Assembly: GCA_964495015.1 (NCBI GenBank) | Contig: CAZBUD010000011.1 | Span: 10,350 to 68,507 of the forward strand | Direction of reading: 5' to 3' | Length of the DNA: 58,158 bases | Source: an uncultured Enterobacteriaceae bacterium | GTDB lineage: Bacteria; Desulfobacterota; Binatia; Bin18 | Shown here: piece after piece, positions 51,591 through 58,158 of the stretch | Position numbering within the stretch: the first letter of the stretch is position 1 | Layout of the letters: each line of letters begins with the position of its first letter | Translations under genes and position numbers: made by a program | Notes under the pieces: model-generated | Databases searched by the model: none | The model's input: the letters and a program-made list of their open reading frames with translations, nothing else | What the model was told of the DNA's origin: nothing

Positions 51591-52475
51591 ATGAAATATG
51601 GAGTACAACTTGGTGGTGGCGCGTCGGTGTCCCAACGAGACTCGCTGAAGAAGGTAGCGGCCGCAGCAGAAGAGCTCGGTTTTGATTCGGTGCTGATCGG
51701 TGATCACATTGTCATTCCAAAGAAGATCAACGCGCCGTGGCCTTATGACGAGTATGTTGGTGGGCAGACGCCTTACGCAGTCTATACAGAGATGGAGTGG
51801 CTCGACCCCTTCGATACTATGGCGTTTATAGCTGCGATTACCGAAAGGATACGCCTCGGCGTCAGCGTAGTGATTGTTCCGTATCGCCATCCGTTTGACG
51901 TGGCTCGTCGCGTGGCGACCGTTGATGTCCTTTCCGGCGGACGTTTCGTCATGGGCATCGGAGTCGGGTGGTTGGAGGACGAATTCCGCCTGCTCAATAT
52001 TCCATTTAAGGAACGCGGCGCCCGCACGCGCGAATATATCACCGTAATGCAAGCGCTGTGGACCCAGGATGCTCCGCGCTTTTCCGGCAAATTCGTCGAG
52101 TTGAACGAAGACGTAAACGTCCTGCCTCGTCCGCTCCAAAAACCGCATCCGCCTATTTGGGTCGGGGGAGAATCCAAGCCGGCCATGCGACGCGTAGCCT
52201 CCTTTGGTAATGGCTGGCATTGTGGCCTGGTGCTGCCCAAACGCATTCCGGGCCTACTTGATCAAATAAAAGGTCTGATGGAAGAAGCAAGACGGGATTT
52301 TAACGAACTAGAGATCACCGCTCTTGCGGTATCCAATCGAGCCGGCGACAAGGAGATCGGCGAATATCACACCGCCGGCGTCGACGTGCTGTATATGCTT
52401 CCGCTGAGCAACGATACAGACGCCGTTATTGAGGAAATGTACAGTTTTGCAGATAGGGTGAAGGCGGCGAATTAA
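51591..52475 (+). CDS. LLM class probable F420-dependent oxidoreductase
   Basis: AEELGFDSVLIGDH, ATVDVLSGGR and PLQKPHPPIWVGG motifs. Confidence 0.9.
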   Translation: MKYGVQLGGGASVSQRDSLKKVAAAAEELGFDSVLIGDHIVIPKKINAPWPYDEYVGGQTPYAVYTEMEWLDPFDTMAFIAAITERIRLGVSVVIVPYRHPFDVARRVATVDVLSGGRFVMGIGVGWLEDEFRLLNIPFKERGARTREYITVMQALWTQDAPRFSGKFVELNEDVNVLPRPLQKPHPPIWVGGESKPAMRRVASFGNGWHCGLVLPKRIPGLLDQIKGLMEEARRDFNELEITALAVSNRAGDKEIGEYHTAGVDVLYMLPLSNDTDAVIEEMYSFADRVKAAN

Positions 52476-52476
52476 A

Positions 52477-53094
52477 CTACAACGGCGCTCGCGCCTGCGT
52501 CACCCCGATCATACTATCCCGCGTAACCAATTCTGCGAGTTCTCCTTCGCTCATGTGTTGTGTTCCAGCTGGTCTGGCCGGAATGACTAGGTAGCGCATA
52601 TCCGCCGTACTATCGTACACACGAATGTCTATACCGGACTCTAGTTCCAAGCCGAACTCTTTGAGCACCGTGCGTGGCTCTTTCACTACCCGCGCACGAT
52701 AGTTCAGGCTTTTATACCAATCAGGCGGAAGACCCAGTAGCGAGCGCGGATAGCACGAACACAAGGTGCACACGACCACATTATGAGTGGCAGCCGTATT
52801 CTCCACAGCGACCAGCGTGCTCCACGTGTCCACATTAATGCCGAGTTCTGCAATCGTCGCTTTCGCATCCGTCAGCAGGCGTTGCTTAAAAGCTGGATCA
52901 ACCCACGCGTGCGCCACCACCTGAGCTCCTACAGCTGGAGAGCGGGCATCCATGTCTTCGACCGCCCGTCGCACCTCATCAGCCGCCAGTATGCCTTTGT
53001 CAATAAGCAGCGCCTGTATGGCCTCAACACGCTGTTCATAATAAGTCAATTCATGTCCTTCTCCCGCCGGAGCATGGGGCTCGTGTTCGTGCAT
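52477..53094 (-). CDS. nthA: Nitrile hydratase alpha / thiocyanate hydrolase gamma-like subunit (Co-type motif)
   Basis: VVVCTLCSCYP, GLPPDWYKS, YRARVV and RYLVIPARP motifs. Confidence 0.93.
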   Translation of the reverse strand: MHEHEPHAPAGEGHELTYYEQRVEAIQALLIDKGILAADEVRRAVEDMDARSPAVGAQVVAHAWVDPAFKQRLLTDAKATIAELGINVDTWSTLVAVENTAATHNVVVCTLCSCYPRSLLGLPPDWYKSLNYRARVVKEPRTVLKEFGLELESGIDIRVYDSTADMRYLVIPARPAGTQHMSEGELAELVTRDSMIGVTQARAPL

Positions 53095-53106
53095 AGATCC
53101 TTCCTC

Positions 53107-53391
53107 TTATGCTGGCTCAATCCAGTGTTCATAAATGTCAATCAATAATTGATCCCGAGCGGCAGCGTTATACCGATCCCAGATGTGCGCTTGGTCAAAG
53201 CGCACTAGGTACAGTGATTGTTTTGGTAGCCCGTCTGCATCGTGAGCTAGCGACTCTGGATTTCGAAATGCGCCGTGAACGGTTTCGATCACGCCGACTT
53301 TGCCCTGAATATAGGTCGGCGTTCGAAAATGCCCGGTCGGTGTATCGACTCGAATGCGGACGCGATCACCTGGTTTATATTTTTCTGCCAT
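53107..53391 (-). CDS. Nitrile hydratase beta C-terminal (SH3-like) half / ScnA-like subunit
   Basis: GDRVRI, GHFRTPTYIQGKVG, YLVRF and DIYEHWIEPA motifs. Confidence 0.88.
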   Translation of the reverse strand: MAEKYKPGDRVRIRVDTPTGHFRTPTYIQGKVGVIETVHGAFRNPESLAHDADGLPKQSLYLVRFDQAHIWDRYNAAARDQLLIDIYEHWIEPA

Positions 53392-53402
53392 TATTTGTGA
53401 AC

Positions 53403-54188
53403 CTAGTAGGCCGACAACCCGCCATCAACGGGCACGACTGCACCCGTCATCATGCGCGCTTCGTCCGAAGCCAGAAAGAGTGCAACCCGGGCAATATCTT
53501 CAGGCTCGCCCACAGAAAATGGGTATTTCTTCATCTGCGATTCTAGATTCACGACATGCGGCTTATCATACGACTGCGGCGTATCTACGCCCAGGCGTTG
53601 ACGCACGCGGTCGGTCATAATCACACCGGGACAAATGACGTTGGCTCGAATCTTCTCTTTTGCATACGTCCCAGCTAACACCTGGGTCAAAGAGATTACG
53701 CCACCCTTTGCCGCCGTATACACATGAATGGGGAACGAACCACGTAGCGCAACGACTGACGACATATTCACAATGGCTCCGCCGCCCGTCTTAATTAGTT
53801 CTGGGATACCATGCCGGCAGCACAAAAACGGGCCGAGCAGATCGAGCGATTGGGTATGCTGCCAAACGGACATATCGACCTCCGTCACCGTCTTATCTTC
53901 GGCAATTGATCCGCCTGCGCAGTTGTACAAGATGTCGAGCTTGCCATACCGTTCAACCGTTTTTTGTATGGCGGCCTTGACACTGTCCTCTTGGGTGACG
54001 TCGGTTTCAATACAGATGGCATCGCCGCCCGCGTCGCGGACCAATTGTTCGGTTGCCCGCCCCAACTCAGGCTTCAGCTCGGCAATCGCCACCTTTGCAC
54101 CTTCTCGAGTAAAGAGCTCGGCCGCAGAGCGAGCAATGCCTGACCCCGCCCCGGTAATGAATGCTACCTTTCCATCTAGTCGTCCCAT
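53403..54188 (-). CDS. SDR oxidoreductase
   Basis: TGAGSGIA, YTAAK and VDGG motifs. Confidence 0.92.
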   Translation of the reverse strand: MGRLDGKVAFITGAGSGIARSAAELFTREGAKVAIAELKPELGRATEQLVRDAGGDAICIETDVTQEDSVKAAIQKTVERYGKLDILYNCAGGSIAEDKTVTEVDMSVWQHTQSLDLLGPFLCCRHGIPELIKTGGGAIVNMSSVVALRGSFPIHVYTAAKGGVISLTQVLAGTYAKEKIRANVICPGVIMTDRVRQRLGVDTPQSYDKPHVVNLESQMKKYPFSVGEPEDIARVALFLASDEARMMTGAVVPVDGGLSAY

Positions 54189-54218
54189 TGAGTCCCCTCC
54201 GTTGTCTAGCGTACCGAT

Positions 54219-54530
54219 CTACACCTTTCTACGGGCAACAATCTCTTCAGCTTTGTGATCAATCTCCGTTTTGGTGAGGACACCTTTTTCGATCAGCAGC
54301 GTTTCAATCGCCGTGAGCCAGCGTTCGTAATACGTCATGGTTTCATACGCATCAGGCGGAAGACTCTCGATCGCACGGCGCAGTTCATCAACCCGGATAG
54401 CGCGTTTGTCCGGACTGCCAAGCAGGACTAAGAGGGCGTCCGTACGTTTCTCCCAAAACGACAGCTCATGATCGGTCTTATCGATAGGTCCGGCATCAGG
54501 CCAGCCACCACGGTCATGGACACCAGGCAT
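54219..54530 (-). CDS. Nitrile hydratase beta N-terminal half / ScnB-like subunit
   Basis: VHDRGG, WEKR, DELRRAIE and YYERW motifs. Confidence 0.88.
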   Translation of the reverse strand: MPGVHDRGGWPDAGPIDKTDHELSFWEKRTDALLVLLGSPDKRAIRVDELRRAIESLPPDAYETMTYYERWLTAIETLLIEKGVLTKTEIDHKAEEIVARRKV

Positions 54531-54579
54531 ACGTATATCCTCCTCTTTCCAGATCTTCCTTTTTCAATATCACGTGGCA

Positions 54580-55248
54580 TCACACAGCTTGAAGGTGCCC
54601 GAAAAGCTGCGCAAATGGAAGCGTTAAAAAAGAAGCGATCTGATAGTCTGCGTGCCCTAACGATAACTGCCGCGTCACACGATTCGGCACCGCTACACAG
54701 TAAATCCCGGCTCGCTGCGCAGCGGTCACACCATGTGGCGAGTCTTCAAATGCGACGACCTGTCCAGGCCCGAGACCGAGAACCCTAAGCGTACGTTGAT
54801 ACACCTCCGGATCAGGTTTAATACGCGAGACCTCGTCCGCGCTCGTAATGCAATCGAAGTAGCTATGAAGGTCAAACTTGTGCAGATGGCCTTCAACCCA
54901 TACCCGCGGAGAACCGGAGGCAATACCCAACGCCAGACCGTGTCGTTTCGCGCCAGCCAGGTAGTCTTGTACGCCAGGGAAAGGCTGCTGGTCGACGGTG
55001 AGTTCATTATAACGCTGACGCCGTTTTTCCGTCAGCGTTAGTCGGTCGAGCGACCGCCCGACCTGCGCCTCCAAATGGGCAAACAGATCATATGCACCGG
55101 GCGAACCGATATGTTTTGCATAGGTCGGCATGGAAAGCACGCAACCGTGCGCTTCATACAGCTCGGACCACCCTTGGAATGAGGGAAATTCCGTATCCAC
55201 GATCAGCCCATCAAAGTCGAAGATCAATCCTTGTATGGTGTTGGTAAT
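54580..55248 (-). CDS. HAD-superfamily hydrolase (subfamily IA)
   Basis: FDFDGLIVDTE, KPDP and FEDS motifs. The start positioned by SD GAGGA is ATT at 55248 (TTG at 55227 in the ORF track). Confidence 0.88.
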   Translation of the reverse strand: MTNTIQGLIFDFDGLIVDTEFPSFQGWSELYEAHGCVLSMPTYAKHIGSPGAYDLFAHLEAQVGRSLDRLTLTEKRRQRYNELTVDQQPFPGVQDYLAGAKRHGLALGIASGSPRVWVEGHLHKFDLHSYFDCITSADEVSRIKPDPEVYQRTLRVLGLGPGQVVAFEDSPHGVTAAQRAGIYCVAVPNRVTRQLSLGHADYQIASFLTLPFAQLFGHLQAV

Positions 55249-55290
55249 CGCGTGGTCCTCTTTTTCAGCAAGAATAGACGGGCTGTCTAT

Positions 55291-55986
55291 TTATTTCTCA
55301 TCCGGGGGAACTTGGGAAAGCAACTCTTCTATTTTTCGTGGAGTCTCGTTGAAGATAGGCGCAATCGCAGCAAGCAAACTGTCATCACCACTGGCCTTCC
55401 ACAGGCGGGTTAAACTGTGGATCACAGTAGCAATATTGTGCTCATCGCCAGACCCAGCCATGATCGGTTAAGCTTTGAGAAAGAAATCAGATGCCCGAGC
55501 CCGCTGCACCTGCGCCACGCTCCTTAATTGATGGTAGATTGATGTACTCCCCTTTGCTTTTTGTTCAGTGTCAAGACTTCTATTGTCCAGATAGAGCGAA
55601 AGCGCCTTTTGATATTGTCTGAGTAAGAGCTGACGTCCGAGAAAGTCATCACTAACAATGGTGAATGATACTCCTAGAGGGCCCGTCAAGCTCTCCGTCG
55701 GATATGCTTCCAAGTACAAGAGAACAGTCTCGCCAAGCTCCAATCCTCCATTTTGATTTTGAGTCGCGTCTATGTAGCGAGACAGAGCACCATAAAAACT
55801 CAGGATGGAACCATGAGCTTCCTGAGTAAGGTTCAGCGCGTTGCTTATATTTTCGTATTCTAGATTAACAATTGCCTGCCCCAGCTGTCTCTCTTTAGCC
55901 TCTTTGGAATTTAAGAGCTGCCCGAGAGCTCCGCTGAGCTCGTCATAGTACTGGACTATCATTCCAGGCAGTAATAAAATCGGCAA
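55291..55986 (-). pseudogene. AT-rich decayed TPR protein remnant
   Basis: YQKALSL...STSIYHQLRSVAQ...FFLKA*PIMAGSGDEHNIATVIHSLTRLWKASGDDSLLAAIA continues in frame past TAA 55468-55470. Confidence 0.6.
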
Positions 55987-56172
55987 AATTCAGACCTAAG
56001 TCGGGTGGTAGAGCAATACGATAATCCATTTTTCCCTTCTGATCAGCCTATGAAGAAGAGACTTTCTGAGCCTAAAATTCAGAAGGGAATTATCAGCTAT
56101 TGTGAGAGAAAGTATAATGTTTCTAATAGGTTGTGTTACTTTTCTGGACCGAAGCAGTAATTCCGTCCTCTT

Positions 56173-56976
56173 TTACGAAAATGCCTCATCCAAAAGCCCG
56201 ATATGGGCCACGGAGAGACGCCAGCCAGAGGCTCCACAGTTCTCTTCGGTACGCGCAAGACTATTGGACCTTGGAATCGCAATGACATTGGGGCGCGAGA
56301 TACACCAATTGAGCGCGACCTGAGCGAGCGTCTTCTCAGCTTCTCCAGCAATCCGCTCCAAAGCCCGCATGCCACGAGTTCGTGTCAGACGCGGCTCGGT
56401 CACCAGACGCCCATCATCCAACGGCGTATAGGCCAGAATTGTAACGTTATGCTGTTGGCAATATGGCAGTAAGTCCTGCTCGATCTCTCGGGCTTTCAGG
56501 TTGTACAAGACCTGATTTGAGACGATCGGATAATGGCGCATTGCCGCTCGGGCCTCACGCAGTTCATCGGTGGAAAAATTGCTGACGCCTATGTATTTGA
56601 CTTGACCGCGATCGACCAGCTGCTCCATGGCTCGCAGCGTATCCTGAATTGGCACAGACCGGCTCGGCCAATGGATTTGGTACAAATCGATGCAGGCGGT
56701 ATCAAGCTGGCGCAAGCTCGCTTCTGCTGCGCGGAGGACATCGTCGTATTTCAGATGGCTGCCTAAAACTTTCGTGGCAAGCAGAACCTGGTCACGGACA
56801 TCTTTGATCGCCTGCCCAACCACGTCTTCGGTACGATACATTTCTGCGGTGTCGATCAGGTTCGCTCCGAGTTCAATACCCCGGCGGAGTGGTTCCACAC
56901 CGCCTTTATACTTCCAGGCCCCGAGTCCAATCTCTGGAACCATCACATCGGTATTGCCGAGCTGTTTATACTCCAT
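56173..56976 (-). CDS. Aldo/keto reductase
   Basis: IDTAEMY, ATK, IDLYQIHWP and IGVSNF motifs. Confidence 0.95.
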   Translation of the reverse strand: MEYKQLGNTDVMVPEIGLGAWKYKGGVEPLRRGIELGANLIDTAEMYRTEDVVGQAIKDVRDQVLLATKVLGSHLKYDDVLRAAEASLRQLDTACIDLYQIHWPSRSVPIQDTLRAMEQLVDRGQVKYIGVSNFSTDELREARAAMRHYPIVSNQVLYNLKAREIEQDLLPYCQQHNVTILAYTPLDDGRLVTEPRLTRTRGMRALERIAGEAEKTLAQVALNWCISRPNVIAIPRSNSLARTEENCGASGWRLSVAHIGLLDEAFS

Positions 56977-57042
56977 ACCCAGTCTTTCGCTACCTTACGG
57001 AGCAGAAAAATGTGGTCGTTCTCTTCTCCTGCTACGAGGTCT

Positions 57043-58098
57043 CTATAGCCCCACCGCGTGCAGCCTGCGTGGATTTTCGACCATCATCATATCGACATCT
57101 GCATCCGAAGCGCCCAACGATTTAAGCCAGGGGATAATATTGTCGTACACGTGCGAATAGCCCCAGCCCCCGTAGTTTTTATAACACGTCTTCATGGCCA
57201 CCTCAGCACACAGCAGCACCCGGTCGGCATAACCGGCATCCAAAAGATCCCGTACGACACGGACTTCTTCTTTATCTGGCGAGAAGCCAAATCCAGGCCC
57301 ACCGGTATTTTCAAACAGCTCTTCATGTCCAAAATGGTCGTAGGAGACAAAGCCAACGCCTTTATCCAGGATACGCTTGGGTACGTCAGCGTTGGGAAAG
57401 AGGCCCAAATGGGACATATAACATTTTCCCAGATCAGCGCCTTCCTTTTCCAAAATATCGATATACGTATCCCAATGATCAGTCGGAAAATTCGGATGAA
57501 CTGTCAGCGACACTCCCGTCGCTTTTTGGGCGCGTGCTGATGCGCGTAGGACTTTCTCTTCGCCCGGTTGAAACGGCTCATGGGGTTGGCCGCTCATCGC
57601 AATCTCACCGATGTTGCCAGCTTTGATCCCCGTGTTGCCGATGCCCTGGGTGATTTCTTTGATCATAATGTCCGAGAGTTCTTCGATACCCTTGTCGGCA
57701 ATTTCAGGCGGATGGGAAAACTGCACATACCAGCCCGTTGAGGTAACAATATTCAGGCCCGTAGCACGTGCAATTCTCTGCAGCGCTATAGGGTCACGGC
57801 CCATGCCGGGCAGATCGACATTAATCAACGTTTGCCCGCCGGCGAACTTGTACTCGGCCGATTCACTGATAGCCAGATCCAAGTCATCCTGCACCAGGTT
57901 ATCTTTAAACAGCATGGCGTTGCGGCGCACCTGTCCAAGATTTTGCATCGTGATCTTACTTTCACTCAGACCCCTGAGCACTCCGGAATCCGGCGGCTGG
58001 TGCCAACACAGGATATCGATGGTCAGATGTACATGGGACATGGTGCCCCCAATCTGGCCGTCATCAATCGACCCTAAAACCGTGTTGAGCGTTGCCAT
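57043..58098 (-). CDS. Phosphotriesterase-related (PTE/PHP) metallohydrolase
   Basis: SHVH, GRDP, STGWY, KAGNIGE, VH, SH and NPRR motifs. Confidence 0.9.
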   Translation of the reverse strand: MATLNTVLGSIDDGQIGGTMSHVHLTIDILCWHQPPDSGVLRGLSESKITMQNLGQVRRNAMLFKDNLVQDDLDLAISESAEYKFAGGQTLINVDLPGMGRDPIALQRIARATGLNIVTSTGWYVQFSHPPEIADKGIEELSDIMIKEITQGIGNTGIKAGNIGEIAMSGQPHEPFQPGEEKVLRASARAQKATGVSLTVHPNFPTDHWDTYIDILEKEGADLGKCYMSHLGLFPNADVPKRILDKGVGFVSYDHFGHEELFENTGGPGFGFSPDKEEVRVVRDLLDAGYADRVLLCAEVAMKTCYKNYGGWGYSHVYDNIIPWLKSLGASDADVDMMMVENPRRLHAVGL

Positions 58099-58158
58099 AA
58101 TTCCCCTCCTTTTATGGGCGCGTTCCTACAGATTCATGACTCCCGAACGAGAGCAGGT

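Overview
A 58 kb window from a GC-moderate bacterium packed with accessory catabolic genes: 4 luciferase-like (LLM) oxidoreductases, 3 Baeyer-Villiger monooxygenases, a P450, an epoxide hydrolase, 2 class-C serine hydrolases, 2 GSTs, several amidohydrolases and SDRs, a reductive-dehalogenase-family protein, ArsM/ArsS-like genes and a three-subunit nitrile/thiocyanate hydrolase. It also carries ilvD, trpB2 and mscS, several decaying gene remnants and REP/MITE-like repeats. The gene content resembles Ca. Binatia or Tectomicrobia-type lineages (inference only). Main finding: ORFs 17441-18226 and 16544-17392 (-) are one 512-aa linalool dehydratase/isomerase (LinD)-like reading frame (18082-16544). 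It has two in-frame TGA codons (H-U-ENTKVWPL-U-L) at the spacing of LinD's catalytic C-x8-C pair, each followed by a SECIS-like hairpin, so it is a candidate double-selenocysteine hydratase. A second split ORF (46391-45846) is a UGSC-motif selenoprotein with its own SECIS-like hairpin, supporting selenocysteine (Sec) decoding in this organism.
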